A stretch of 61,749 nucleotides of DNA, the filler included, from Choristocarpus tenellus KU-1152 (lineage: Eukaryota; Protista; Phaeophyceae), in NCBI GenBank assembly GCA_964200185.2. It is 14 parts of 14 records of this genome, joined end to end, with 100 filler letters (N's around TTAATTAATTAA, not from the genome) between each part and the next. Parts side by side here need not be neighbours in the genome. Positions count along the whole stretch, not along the records: positions 1 to 7,112 come from CAXNAD020006674.1; positions 7,213 to 11,195 come from CAXNAD020016804.1; positions 11,296 to 15,891 come from CAXNAD020013856.1; 11 more parts are not named here. One strand, 5' to 3'. The notes under the pieces were generated by a model. It was not told the DNA's origin, did not search any database, and saw only the letters and a program-made list of their open reading frames with translations. Below are positions 1 through 13,158 of this stretch, in pieces. Every line of letters begins with the position of its first letter. Within the stretch, counting starts at the first letter, position 1. The position numbers and the translations under genes are program-made.

Positions 1-20
1 CCCCCCAGATACTTTGAGCC
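1..20 (+). mobile_element. MITE family B, terminal fragment
   Basis: CCCCCCAGATACTTTGAGCC matches the B terminus at 29522-29541. Confidence 0.85.
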
Positions 21-600
21 TCTATTTTGTAAAGGGTGGTTTCTGAAGGGTAAGATTACTCTACTTATTTTCTGAATCGAAACGATTTTCAAGGATTTTT
101 TTTTTTTCGACCGGCTTGCAACGTTTCCGATAGGATGTATTGTGAATCAAACCGAAGTGTGTGTGCAGTGAGCGTGAAGTGGGGCAGGCATGCAAGTTGC
201 CGGGCATCACCAGGTGTCTGTGAGGAAGCACTGAAGGATTCGTGTAAGTTTAGTGCTAATCTTAGCAGCGTGCGTACATAGAAACGAGAAAATAGACCCC
301 TAAACAAAAGGGTTTGAGTAGAATCTTGAGTGTTCTTCGATTTTGCTGGTCGCCTTGATTGAATTGCTGGGGTTCACGGCACTAAAGGTTGCCATTACTT
401 TCCTTTTGACCTGGACCTGATTGTGGGAGTGAGATTAGTCCCTTGTTTCCTTCCATTTTTTGTTTTTTTTTGTTCTGTATTGCGGCTTTTGTTTGCGCAA
501 CCCCATATACATACCCTTGGTGGTTTTTCGTTTTTTTGAAGACACGCTGCATCGCTTCACCCTCTACCTTGATGCTGTATGTGACACACGTCAGCAGTGT

Positions 601-735
601 GTACCTTTTATTGTGCTGTACCTTTTATTGTATTGTACTTTTTATTGCATTGTACATTGTTGTATTGTACCTTTTATTGTATTGTACTTTTTATTGCATT
701 TTACCTCTATTGTATTGCACCTTTTCTTGTATTGG
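601..735. repeat. 17-bp minisatellite (GTACCTTTTATTGTATT), about 8 units
   Basis: Tandem units directly visible; they explain the repetitive spurious ORFs at 443-921. Confidence 0.85.
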
Positions 736-985
736 GTGTTTGTTGTTGGGTACTTGGTACTGGTATGTTTCAAGACAATTGACTACAATGTACACCTGAG
801 TATGACTGCTGTAAGTGTGCTTCTTGTGTCTACACCTCTTCTGTCAATTGTGCACAGATTGAACAATTTTTGTCACCTTGTACGTGTGTCATCTTGTCCA
901 CCCGGACCCTCTGAAATGTGATGTACCTGTTGCTAAGTGCGTCGTACTCTACTGCAGTATGTAACAAACTTGATTGTAATAAGCC

Positions 986-1124
986 TGTTGTTGTTGGTAT
1001 TTGTTTCTTGCGTTGAATTTGAACGCTCGTATCTTCATATCATGGCAGTTAGCACACCTTAGCCTTTTGTTCCTGCAATGATTAGCAATTGCAGATATCA
1101 CAGTAGCAGCGTGTTTGCCTTACA
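986..1124 (-). mobile_element. Probable 3' LTR of a Copia element
   Basis: On the minus strand a polypurine tract (AAGGGGGGAGAGAG, ~1125-1138) directly precedes TGTAAGG, and the segment ends ...AACAACA. Confidence 0.55.
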
Positions 1125-3720
1125 CTCTCTCCCCCCTTGCCACAATTCCTCCAGACATCCCTGGAACCAAGTTCACCATCAGACCTGCAACCAATTCAGC
1201 ACCAGGGAGCCCAGGCAGGGGGTCAATGGATGAGTTGTGGAGGGGCAGATCTGATTGGTGGAGTTTGGGAAGAGATCTACCCCTTGCTCCCATTATTTAT
1301 AGTGTTGAGATGTCTAGTTGTCACCGCCATTCTGTGCATGAGCAGGGCCCAGAACTGGTGCAAGGACCTGACCAAGGTCAGGAGAGTGCAAAGCTTGACC
1401 AATGGAAGGTCTATGCCTCCCTAGATGAGAGCCACCAGGGAATTTTGGACCTAGAGTCCCTAATTCCTGAACTTCTAGAGGGACAAGAAGCTCTTGTTGA
1501 ACAGGCAAATAGATTAGGGACTGAGGCTGGGGTTGGGAGCGGAAGTGGGGTTGGGAGGGAGGGAAACAGCTGGACTGGGACCTCGAGGAGTTCAGGGGTT
1601 GACAGGAGGATAGAGAGTGTAGGAGGTGAGAAGGGTCCAGGAGGAATCAGAGATGATGGCTGCAACCATTTGAGGTTGAAAGGGGTAAAGAAGGGAGATT
1701 CAGACAAATGCAATGGTTCAGGTTCTATGTCTACCTCTGACTTGACTTCAGCTGTGGATTGTGGCTCTACATCTTCACCTCCCTTTGCCTCTGTGAGTAC
1801 GGGTTGTGGGTCGAGAAGATCATCGGCGGCCATTGCCACTGACTACCATTGCACCACCGTGGGGCTGACAGAAGGGGGCCAACAGGTGAGAGTTGTGGGA
1901 TAGACCGCAATTGGGACTGGATCTAGAACTGGAACTGCAACTGGTACTATCCCTTGAATCAGACCCACAAGTTGGGTCAGGCTTGGGGCAGGAAAAGGTG
2001 TCTGGGAGGGAGGGGTACACGGGCTTTTGGCTCCAAGGATGCAGATGTCCTTGGTGTCATGCTTTGAGGAGAGTTGCAAATACTTCGGTGCAACACTTGA
2101 ATGATGTTCTGTCCCCTAGCTGGGGGCAGTATATTTCGAACTTCAGTTACCAAATTTCTTGGAAAGTTTGTGCTTTGATGCTGTTTTTGTCTCTGTGAGT
2201 ATACTGTTTGACAATCTCCATGTGTGCATGGTGCCCTTGCCGAATGACTTGAGAAGTTTGAGAGTTAGTAATATTATTCCTTTCCTCACTAGTAAGACCC
2301 CAGGGCGGGTAGGCCCAAAGTAGTAAGGAGGGCTGGGACTGACACCGCTTCTGTAGTCGAGATGATGGGCAGTTGTGACCGACCTTTTGCCAGCGTAGTC
2401 GTTGCTTAGATACACAAGAGGTCTGGTAATTCTTCATTCCCAATCATACATACCCCATGCTGAACTGGAGGACTCTTGAAGAGGAAACCGCATCTGTGGT
2501 GAAGAGGTCAAAGTTTGACTTAGATTGATCGTCGCCGAATGAGAAGCACTCGGCGGAGCATAATGTCAACATATTCCAGTGTGTATCTATAGGTACATAA
2601 TCGGGAGTACATGCAAGACTTGGATGATTTGTTTCCTGTTTGTATTGTAGCAAGAACCAGAAGTAAATGGGATTCGGTACAAACCTATATTTACACTTGC
2701 AAAAAACAAATCATACTTCGTTAACGTCTGTCCAAGTCCTACGTATGGTTGATGTCTTATGCAGAATATGACCCTGGCCATCCTGTTCTCAGGTGATGCT
2801 TTGCCTGGTTGTAAAGGTTGCGTACAGATCTGCTCATGCTGGGGTTCAAACTCCGGAGAAGGTTCTGCGCCCTTCAATGTTAGGGTTTGTCCTGGTGCTT
2901 GACCACAGGTGAGTAGGTAGACATATGCAGTGGTTCTTCCCTTTTCTTTCAACACCTTTTTGGTCTGTCCCCCTCCCCCTCCCCCTCCTTCTCCCAGTCT
3001 TTCTTGAAGCTGGATAGAATTGTGTGGGCTACTTGGGATCCTGTGCACAGGGCTATTTCCATTAAAGTTTCCTTGTCTGATTGTTAGCGAACTAAGCTTA
3101 ATGAATCTGATTCACTCTCCTTGTGCTGTATCCTGCCAGAGCAAATGTTCTCCGGGGCAAGAGTTCAATAGGTGAACACTGTAAACAGCATGAGGTATGA
3201 ATGCTGTTTGTTGATAGCAAAATTTTCTCCATGTATTTATAAGAAGGGAGAGGACACGCGAGGGTGGAGTACCACTTGATACGCCTGGAGGCAAGAAAGA
3301 GGGACTCATATCCGCCTTATTCCTGCTCCCCTTACTTTGTTTCGTCAACTTCAATTTATTCATCATGTGAGCCCCCTTCTGGAGTGCTCTCACACCCCAC
3401 TCCCTGTGATTGATGACCTCCGCAGGAGTGGAGTCATCAGGGTGCTCAGCACGCAGACGTGCCGTAGCACCGGAGGAAAGAGCTGTGCGGCCCTCTGCAT
3501 CCCACTTGCTCAATATTTAAAGAGAAGTGGTGGTGTTGTTGTCTCCACTTGTGTCCCCAAATCAGGACCTAGGGTCCCCCAACCAATGCTCACCAAACCT
3601 GGTCGGCAGCTGAGTAATGCAGCGGTGTTACGAGGGAAGTCTGAAATGGCCATTCTTAATCCTGTTTATCCAGTTGCAATCGTAAAGGGAGCTTAATTTG
3701 AGTGAAGACCTGTTACCGTA
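1125..3720 (-). mobile_element. Decayed, internally deleted Ty1/Copia element (gag/protease region, Pro-rich linker, start of RT)
   Basis: Fragmented frames: RPSIGQALHSPD resembles the EPxSxxEALxSPD motif that precedes Copia RT; Pro/Ser-rich linker at 1411-1839; gag-like fragments at 2587-3513; PPT and LTR downstream. Confidence 0.55.
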
Positions 3721-4079
3721 TGTGTTGGTTTTTGTTGTTTCTAGTGTTTGCATGGACTTTCTATGCCCATCGAGTTACTCTCATGACCGTAGAAGTCCTG
3801 GACGCAAGCGTATTCCTCTATCCTCCACATCTCCCATCCTGTGCATGCCTGCCCCATAACCCAATACCAAATACCCCATTATCCTTCACCCATGTTTTGT
3901 TTTTGTGATCAGATCTGATGTTGTGTATCATGTTGAGATATATACTCCGCAGTACAAGAAATATATATTATGTATCCCATCGACACCAGGATTTCCACTG
4001 ATACATCTTCACCCTGTCAATGTGTTGCCATTGCAGAGTGCGATCCTTGCCTGAGTGATCTAGTTAACAGGTTTGTAAC

Positions 4080-5150
4080 GTTGGACTTAATAAGACAATT
4101 CAAGAGGTTTTGTGGTGAACGCAACCAGGTCTTGTATCTTACACGATCTGATATCTATACTATCACCTATCTTCCATGAAGTCAACAGGCACTGAGAGGG
4201 TTGTTTGTTCCCAAGTATCTTTGAAGAGGTAGATGATAGCATATACTTCACTTTGACTATTAACATAACTCTAATATAGTTGTAGAGGATAATCAACGAT
4301 CATCACCACAACATTCATGGGACTCTGCCAGAATCTTGCTGTAGTGAACCTCAGCTTAGAAATTAAGTAGCCTACAACAAAATTCACCTGACAGCATACT
4401 CTGGAATACCAAGTAACAGGATTTTATGTGTAATTTATGACCCTTGATGTTTGAAGATGAATGTCCACATAAGATGGGGGCTTCATATGCCTGGCAGGCG
4501 ATTGGTCAGTATTGACTAGGATGTATCCATTCTTAAGACAAATCAAAGCAGGAACAGTGATGGTCATCAACCGAAACATCCACAGGGCAAGTCCAAAGTT
4601 TTGGAAAAGCACTGAATCAAGAAGTCTTACGGTTCATCGTAAGGACGTGTTTGGGCAAATACCCCTCAGGTGTAACAAAATGAGTACAGCAAGAACGTTG
4701 GTCACTTGATGCAGGTCACTGCCTATTATTTTCACTGAAACGTTGGCATTAGGCTTTGCCTTCCACGTACTGGAATCACTCTGGATTATGTATGATGAAT
4801 GTCACACCAAGGGAACTAATAAGAGGAGCAAGTTGGTGAAATAATTGAAAATATGGAGTGGAACAGTGTTACATGTATAGCATTGCATTCGTTGATTGGA
4901 CTAGGGCAAGATAAGCCTATGAAAGATTTTGAGTGAGGCTGACGGTATCGTATGGTTGGCGAGCTGTAGAAGACGTAAACTCTGGCACCTCTAGCCCTCT
5001 ATGGAGACAATCGAAAAGGCTTTCTCCCGATGAATACATTATGATGGGTAGCAGCAGAACATTCTTTGATCATTCTGGATACATAATCATCTGTCCCTGG
5101 AGGTGCAGTATCTATATTCACTTCGTTCTCTTCATCACACCATGATGTCT
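4080..5150 (-). mobile_element. Decayed Copia RT/RNase H remnant
   Basis: GDSIDIRSCKIQDLVAFTTKPL (4087-4170) resembles the Copia RNase H end (ADxxTKPL); VSVDD resembles YVDD; many stops. Confidence 0.5.
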
Positions 5151-6640
5151 CATCTGCTACTGGACCCTGGGACTACAAGTTTGTCATGTGGGTGTTTCCC
5201 ACACTAGTACCAGTAGCAGTAGACTGTTTCCATGGAGAAGAATGGTAGTTGGTAGTAGAGTACTGCAGTATACACTACCATGGGTTAATGGTTGTGACCT
5301 TGGGAAGGTATGTATGAATATACTCTAGTACTTTATAATTAATATACACTTCCAAAAAGTGAAAAGTGTTTTGGCGGTAAGGTTTTCAAAACGATAAGGT
5401 GAGTGGGCCGATGCGAAGATCTCTACCGCTTCTTGTCCATCCAACAAAACCAAGTTGTTTGTTGTCAAGGCAGAATAAACTTGAGAACTTCAATGGCCTC
5501 TCCTCCCTTAAATGGCATAGGTACACGTATCAATGTGGCTGAAGAATGAAAATGAATACCCAAGTACCCTAGTTACAATGTGCACTTGGTATTTTAAGCA
5601 CAGTTCATATATTATTGCCTAGTTGTTTAGATTCCCTTTCACTCAGTAGTGCTCCATTCATTGAAGCGTTTGATATTTTTCGCATCTCTCCAGTGACAAG
5701 GAGAGCAGTGGCTGACATCATCAAAGAGATGGAACAACAGGCAAGACACACCAATGTCTCAAATACAAATAAACTCAAAAGTTTAACTGACAGGAGGGCA
5801 AGATGCAAGAAGGACCACGATACATAATGTATATATATATACGGGTTGAAGGAAATGATAACAAATACAACAAAAAAAGAGAAAAAGAAAACACCCCTAA
5901 CATGACATGACTCAAAAGTACGTCAAAACTAATGAATTGTGGGGGGGGACATGATGAAACATACACACAAACACACATACACACGCCACCACCAGTTGGC
6001 TCTGCAGGTCGCAACAACAGTGTGGGTGAATTCCCCTTGTAATCTCTTTGACAAACCCCTTTCACAGTGGCATCCCTCACATAAGTACGGATAGTACTAC
6101 AGACATATGCACGCAGCACCTAGAAGAGCATAGTCCCCTTCCCCCAAAGTGTCCCCAAAATGCACAGAACAAACATCTTCTCCTCATACTTCTGCCCTGC
6201 CTTGAAGGCATACACACACATGAAATGTGTCCTTTGTTGCCAACATTTCCCATGAACCACAGTACTGCCCACAAGGCTGTGGCTCTCATCACAGGCTCTG
6301 TGGCGATTGCGGCGAGTTCTGACACTCTCACGGCGATTCTCAAGTTGGGAAGCAAGATTAGTCTCTGTTACAACAGTAGTAGAAAATTGCTCCAACACCC
6401 AACCAGCACATAGTCTGAACTCCCACCCCCTCCCCTACGCGTATCAACTTCCCTCGCCTCTCCCCTCCCCTCCCACACCCCCTCCCCCCAACGTACTCTC
6501 CAGGCTGGTTTTGCATGCAGGTTGCCATCAAGTCACTTTTAACTCCTTTCAATCCCAACACCTATGCCATTCATATTTGAGCAAAGTGGATTCACAGCCA
6601 ACTGTCGGCGCGTAGTGCGTTACCCCCCTCGAGCTCTTCA

Positions 6641-6673
6641 TTATGACAAGATGCTGATCTTAGCAGCAGGAAT
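6641..6673 (-). CDS. DENR: DENR last coding exon (IPAAKISILS-stop)
   Basis: TTGCAG acceptor, phase 0 matches the previous donor, ends in TAA. Confidence 0.7.
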   Translation of the reverse strand: MPAAKISILS

Positions 6674-6861
6674 CTGCAACATAATCCAGAGAATAGAAGG
6701 TGGGGTGGAGGAGGGTTTCAAGACTGAACTCTCTCTCCAGTATTCACTTGTGACAACAAATAGACAGAAAAATGGGCATCCCCATCCCAGCACCAAACAA
6801 ATCACTTTCCTCCTAAATTCCATCTCGTAAAAAAAAAAAGAACTGGGCATGATCTACTCAC

Positions 6862-7010
6862 GTTAAATGTTTCCTCCAGGAAGTCCGGAAGGTCCATGAG
6901 CACATCCCCTTGCACCACAATCTCCTCTGCTCCAGAAGCCGCCTTGCTCACTGACGAACCGCAGGCAAACTGACGCCCTATCTTCTTGGCCGCATCCTTC
7001 AACTTCACCT
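6862..7010 (-). CDS. DENR: Density-regulated protein (DENR/Tma22, SUI1 domain), internal exon
   Basis: VKLKDAAKKIGRQFACGSSVSKAASGAEEIVVQGDV is the DENR SUI1 motif; AG acceptor at 7011-7012 and GTGAGT donor at 6861. Confidence 0.9.
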
Positions 7011-7054
7011 CTGTGTTACATGTGTGAAGCGGGGTGTGAGTGTGGGGTGTGTGT

Positions 7055-7085
<31 letters not shown>

Positions 7086-7112
7086 GGGGGGGGCTTGAAG
7101 AATAAAAAAACA

Positions 7113-7212
7113 NNNNNNNNNNNNNNNNNNNNNNNNNNNNNNNNNNNNNNNNNNNNTTAATTAATTAANNNNNNNNNNNNNNNNNNNNNNNNNNNNNNNN
7201 NNNNNNNNNNNN
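7113..7212. other. Artificial contig-joining linker (44N-TTAATTAATTAA-44N), first of 13
   Basis: Identical 100-nt spacer with stops in all six frames, also at 11196, 15892, 19438, 22145, 29234, 33221, 37857, 41977, 46935, 50150, 52978 and 56630. Confidence 0.98.
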
Positions 7213-7399
7213 CGAACAGGACCCATGTTTCCCCAGCCCCCAGTAGGGACACCTGGAAGGCTTTGGGCACATGCCTCCTCTGTGGGTTATTTGATTCATC
7301 CTGAAATGTATTGAAGCCAGAGGGCAGGAGAGTTCATATATTGGAAGGATTTGTAGTCAAAGTACATCCTCAGGGTTGTAGGCTCTACGAAGGAGAGAA

Positions 7400-10170
7400 A
7401 ATTCTGTCAGGGTAAGATGGATGGGGTCCTTGAGCCGATGCTATTCTACTCTATATGGTAACAAATAAACGACCTGCTCATTGTGCTTATCTTCTTCAAC
7501 ACGGGTATATGGCTATGCTGCTATGACTGCACAATACTTTGAAGTAACATATATATATATATATACTGCATATTATTCGTACAGTAGTTATTGAAACTCT
7601 CAGACCTTATATAACACTATAGCCTAGGAGGGGGAGAATATTCAAACAGGGATGGAGTGATACTAGTATAGACAAAATGAGATCTATGTCTAGGAAATCC
7701 AGTACTTCAAAGTATGGAAAAAAGGTCTAGATTTATTGAACACCCCAATGTCACCTTGAGTCAGTGCACTGTATTTTTTTGGAACAAATACTCTGAAGTG
7801 GTAGAGAGTGTCACCACAAAACCTCCTCTCTCTGTACAGCCTGGGTAAATACACAGACCTCTCTGGACTTCTTAACTCCTCCCACTCTGTACCTGCGCCT
7901 GTCCCCAGATTGACATATTCCCTGCCTCTCCTGTCATTTAGCAGGGATTGTCAGGCATCTGCCAAATACCCTGCTCAAACACTCTTGTTTCTACCTGTCC
8001 AGTTCATGGTAATTTGTGGTCACTTCTGAAAATTTACTTTCACCTGGTCACGTGTCCTTATTGTTCTCCCTTGAACAACAACTTCCCCTTTTTTGTCCTC
8101 CTTGACCCATGCCCGAAGTCTCCGTAAAGCATGTGAGGCATCTGGTACTGGAAGTTGGAGTAGAAGTCCCCTACAGCAGTTCTCATGATGACTGTCATAA
8201 GGTTGACATGGTTTGACGCCGAAAACTGTAGGAATACTTGGTATGAGTTGCATGTATGAGTTGCATCACCACTTCAGGGGCTAGAGAGTTGGAACATCCT
8301 TGTGAATTATAGGCAAAGGCTTGAGCCGCCCATTTATCCATTTGACACACTTCCTTAGGGTCCGGGTTTGGGACTAGCAATGGCCATCCAGGGACACTTG
8401 TGTTGACCTACACTCTGCTGTAGTCATGAAAGTGTACAATTCCATCCTTATATGGAGCGCATTTTCCTCCTTCAAGGTGACTCACTCTCTATAGTCCTCT
8501 CTACTCAAATGCATGTGATCCTGAGAATGCCCGCTCCACCATAACATATTATACTGTGCGTGCTGCACTCCACATGAAAAGACCGCGCATCCGTTGTCAG
8601 TTGGACTCTTGGTCCTGTAGGGGACATCAGAGACCGTAGATTTTAGTCCTACCTTCAATAGAGCCTTATGAAGAGAGATTTCCTTGCAGTATGCAAGCAT
8701 GGGCATGTCCTATACTTTGGGTCATGATTTGAGTCCGGATATACGCAACTACTCTATGAAGGCATGTTGTTATGAAGACCCACACACTCTACTCAACTGT
8801 ACTCATTGCCCAAAACAACCATATCAATTGACTTTCCCACAAGACTACTATCCCACTGACATCACCTTCACTCTACCATTTGTACAACCCGATCACTCTA
8901 CAAAAGACCACTGTCAACAAAGCATCCAGTCATACTCAAAATGCGCCACTTTATTCACATCCCTACTTACCTCAGACAAATTTTTCGGGACTCATCACTG
9001 TCAATTTCATCTTGTCTAAACACCAACGCTCCCCACAGCCGCTGTATCCCCATCATCTGAGAGCGTTTGGGAGATCTGATACCAAAGGATGGAAGAAGGT
9101 CTCAAGTCACCTTCATTTCATGCAGTTTTTAATATCACCCTCACTTGAAGCCTTTGAATGTAGGGGTGTAACACATTGAAACAGCATTTATGTCGGTCCA
9201 AATTAAAAAACACAACATGGTGTGGTCCTGCAATAGACTTGATCAAGTCACAATGGTGCTCTAATGTATTCCTTTTGAACTCATGCCCAATCGTATTGAG
9301 TGTACAACATCACCAGAGTCGCACTTCAAACGTTCAGATCGAAATGTGATAGCTATCAATGAAATTATCCTGAATATCCAAAAGTTCCCCATGAGACAAA
9401 CCAATGATTTTGGTTCTAAGTTACTGAGTGTGTATTCACTCCCATGTGCTTGGGGTACTTACTGCACTACACACTAGTACACATTAGTAGTTCAATATTC
9501 TTTATATTAGAGCAATATAGATTGAGCCCTTTGGGTACAGATCATGGTACACTTGTTCAATGCCGGTTCAACACACACCAAATCATCTTGAAACTGCCAA
9601 TATTGATCCTTATCACTGCGATGTAGGATAAGTAGTCAATCTAAGCTTCAAAGTGCTAAAATAACAGAAAAACTGGAAGGGTTTACCTCTAGACAATCAT
9701 CATACCTTTCTGGAAAATGTTGGGCAAAATCCGCACTTCTCTGCCTCCATGGAAGGTGCCAAGTGCCAAGTTCGAGACTTCCACCGCTATGTGCGATTCC
9801 AGATTGAACGCTAGACTTGGAGGTGGCCTGATGGTACATCTCCTGTACTCCCTCACATGCAGAGATGGAATGGCAGCCAGTGGAGTCCCCACTATGATTT
9901 TTTCCCCTGATATGTTGAACTGCAACAGCTGGTCGCAGAACACAGATTTGTACAACTTCCAGCCATCTAGAGGACAAAAAAACATCAACACCATTGCACA
10001 GGGTTCTGTAATAGATATTCCATGGTCTATTGGTGTGTAAGTCAAGCTGAGTTACCTTGTGGCAATCCTGGTAGATTGTTATCATAAAACAAACTTTAGG
10101 GTGGGAATTGGGCTCTGCACGTATTGATATTAGGACATGCCAGGAGCAAATGCTTATTTTTTGCCCCAAG
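7400..10170 (-). mobile_element. Decayed Ty3/Gypsy pol (RT-RNase H-integrase order)
   Basis: RT-like fragments at 9600-10100, HHCC-like segment with GHS at 8482-8600, integrase WAAQAFAYNS at 8195-8380; heavily disrupted. Confidence 0.6.
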
Positions 10171-10221
10171 TCTAACTTGACAAAGACCCTTTACACCATG
10201 TAAAAGTGAAAGGTCAGTGGA

Positions 10222-10489
10222 GAGTTGTACCAACTATGAGGTACACACATTTTGGTTGTTTTGTATCGTATGCCTTTTCTTATACTCTGTAAAATACATC
10301 CTATTATCATGTCTTATGTAAACAATGAGAGTCTCCAAAAACGAAGGCATCACTCCACAAAAGGGGTTGAAAAAAATTTCACTAGGATTGAGCAAAAAAT
10401 GCCCTTTCATAACGTACTAAAAGAAATATTGTGACCTTTTCTGGGATCCTTATGATGCAACCATGTGTACCTCTTAGTTAGTACAACTC
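10222..10489. mobile_element. MITE family C
   Basis: ~27-bp TIR GAGTTGTACCAACTATGAGGTACACA / TGTGTACCTCTTAGTTAGTACAACTC; flanks TGGA/TGTA (imperfect 4-bp TSD). Confidence 0.75.
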
Positions 10490-10797
10490 TGTAGCAGTTG
10501 GCATTCAAAATGCTTACCCCTAAAAATTAAATATTATTTTGCTGACGTACACTGCCAACATGTACTATTGGTGCTTGGGAGTGTGATCCATATCAGGAAG
10601 GTGGAGCAAGGCTGTGCACTTTTCCATCCCAAGGGATAAGCGACAACCTACGTTTGTGGTAATAGATTGTATTGCAGGAGCTCTAAGTGTCTAGTTATTA
10701 CATCGTTGTCCTTACACTCCATAGTTGTGTGAGAGAGAGTGAGATAGTGCAAATGCTACATACACAGCTGAAATTGAAGTTACTCATGTAATGGATA

Positions 10798-10921
10798 GGG
10801 TCCAAGTATCTGGGGGGGGAGGGTTGGCGGCTGTCCATTTGGGACCAATTTTTCATATCGAAATTTTTGGGTGATTTGGTTCCATACATTGGATGAATAA
10901 TGAAAGTGCACTTTTCGTGGT
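10798..10921 (-). mobile_element. MITE family B, cut by a family A copy
   Basis: B end and internal sequence stop exactly where A begins at 10922. Confidence 0.85.
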
Positions 10922-11180
10922 GAGCCAAAGTATCTTAGAGGGTAAAGCCGCGCCCATTTGGGGGTCAAAATTCAATTTGGCGATTTTCATGTAATTTTGG
11001 CTATTGTGTTTGTTAGGAAGTGTAAATATCCATGTTCTGGACACACCTTTTCATATCATATACATTTTACCTACTCCTGAACATTTTGGAGTAGAAAAAT
11101 GTGATGAAAACCCCCAAGAGAAGTCAAGCCTCAAATGGACAAACAGGGCAAAACTCGTACCCTCTAAGATACTTTCACTC
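10922..11180 (+). mobile_element. MITE family A
   Basis: GAGCCAAAGTATCTTAGAGGGTA ... TACCCTCTAAGATACTTTCACTC; no TSD seen. Confidence 0.93.
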
Positions 11181-11471
11181 ATATCCTCGACGAGGNNNNN
11201 NNNNNNNNNNNNNNNNNNNNNNNNNNNNNNNNNNNNNNNTTAATTAATTAANNNNNNNNNNNNNNNNNNNNNNNNNNNNNNNNNNNNNNNNNNNNGCCGG
11301 AATGGAGAGCCTTTGTTAATGAGCAACCGTATGGTAATCTGGCTTGTCACTCCAGCCCATACCATGTGAGGCCTCCTCCCCTCCTCAAGGCTTACGCATT
11401 ACTAATCTACTCCACTCCACTGCACTGTACTGCACTGTACTGTACATCCTGTTGAATTAAAAAATATAAAG

Positions 11472-11763
11472 GTCCGAGAGCAGGGCAGCAATGCAATCGC
11501 AGTCCATGGTGAACGTATAACCAAGATTGGAAGCAGTAGCAAGCCAATAGGGGAACAGGCTGAGGCGGCAGTCGGGACCACCCCTGGTAGTGCGGTAGCC
11601 ATAACGGACTTTGAAAGCAGTGAGGTGACTCTGGATCGCGTTCGCATGGGCTCGGCAAGCCCCGGTGATGGTGATGGTGATGGTGAGACAGTGGCAGCGA
11701 TTGGAGTCGTGGTGGGCGGCGGCAGGGGCAAGGGCAGGGGCAGGAAGGGAAAATCTCAAAGAG
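11472..11763 (+). CDS. Exon of an unknown low-complexity protein
   Basis: AG|GTCCGA acceptor, open frame VREQGSNAIAV...GRGRKGKSQR, G|GTGGGT donor (phase 1). Confidence 0.6.
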
Positions 11764-12977
11764 GTGGGTTCGTTTTTGGTTGGAGAGAGGCTGGAGGGAG
11801 GGAGGGAGGGGGGGAGGGGGAAAGGGAAGCGAGGATTTTCTCTTCTTTGTGCATTTTATCCAACTCTTTTTTCTATTTGAGGTTTTTTTTTTAATTCTGA
11901 TGCTGTTTTGTTTCCACCACTCAATTTTTTTTTAAAGAGGATTTGGTACGCGTCTCGTCCTTCCCGGCTCTGCAATATAAATACGTAAGTATATTTATAT
12001 TTATATTTATATTTATATATATATAGGGGTTTTTTCAGTGTGTGGAATTGCCATTGTGACTTTTGTGTTTTTGTTTTTTATTTGTCTTTATTTTTTTATC
12101 TGGAATGGAAAGGAAGGTTTTCACTTTTTTTTAAATCTTTTGGGGTTTGTTTTTTATTGTTTTCTTTCAACGGAAGGATGGACTGCTTTCCTTGATTCTC
12201 AAACTGGGAAATGATTTGTTCGTGGTTGACCTGCACCAGGCACATGCACTGAAGGGTTTTCCCAAGGGGGAGAGGCGGGTGTGCTTGCTGAGCTCGTTGA
12301 TTGGAACAGTTTACTGACCCGAAATATCTACTGCTTCGGTAGTGCTTGCAGTGTGGGCTCTAGAGCGCTCTGTAGTATTGGAAGGCAAGAAAGGAGTATT
12401 GCTTGATGCCTTAGAAGGCGAGGTTAAATGAGGGTACTGTACCCTTTGTGGTCGAGGTCAAATGCCTCGGAGTACAGTCGTGTAATGTGTATCACCAACT
12501 GAAATGTCCATGGTTGATTGATCGATCGATTGATTGATTGATTGAGTGGTTGATTAGAGCAGATTAGTTCGAAACAGTTTGTAGGCATTGTCATGCGGAA
12601 GAGGGAGACAGCACATGAAAAACGTCGTCAGAGAACCACCCTGCCGTGTCCAAAATTTTTTTTTTTTTTGAACTAGAGAGCAGAAAGCGAGAGGACCTGA
12701 GTTGGATTGTTTGGTTTGATGGGTGTCGATTGGGCGGGGGATCCAGTACCGTCGTGTGAAGTCAACTCTTTTTGGAACAGAATTCATTATACGTGACCTT
12801 GGCTTCCGTGAGCTGAAATTGTTCCGAGCTAATTTTTATCGATGACACGGTTATGGAAAGTTCGGTGAATGAACTAAAGCCAAATGTTCTGACACGGTTG
12901 AGTCCATGTCCATCAAACGTTTCAACATGGCCCACGGTGAACATGCCAAGTGAAGCGCCGTGATAGTTGTACAAACA

Positions 12978-13000
12978 CCCTAACCCTAACCCTAACCCTA
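12978..13000. repeat. Short interstitial telomere-type repeat (CCCTAA)n, one of about 12
   Basis: Others near 19005, 49986, 51172, 52075-52274, 54014, 57728, 57814, 58158, 58910, 59827, 61188. Confidence 0.9.
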
Positions 13001-13158
13001 CCTATTGACAGACAATCTACACAACACACCCCTTTGAGCACAATTGCGATTGCTTGTGATTGATGCGTGTACAAATCAACAGTTTAATGACTGTGCCCCT
13101 TAACTCCTCCCCCCTTCCGAAATCTCTCTCCCCCCTGCCACTTCTGTGTCCTAAGTAG

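Noticed and set aside
443-921. Hydrophobic Cys/Tyr-rich ORFs
   Set aside because: Translations of the 17-bp minisatellite.
1115-1903. 262-aa plus-strand ORF
   Set aside because: Antisense shadow of the Pro/Ser-rich Copia linker.
7157-7168. TTAATTAATTAA recurring 13 times as a biological motif
   Set aside because: Always centred in an identical N linker; it is an artificial six-frame stop spacer.
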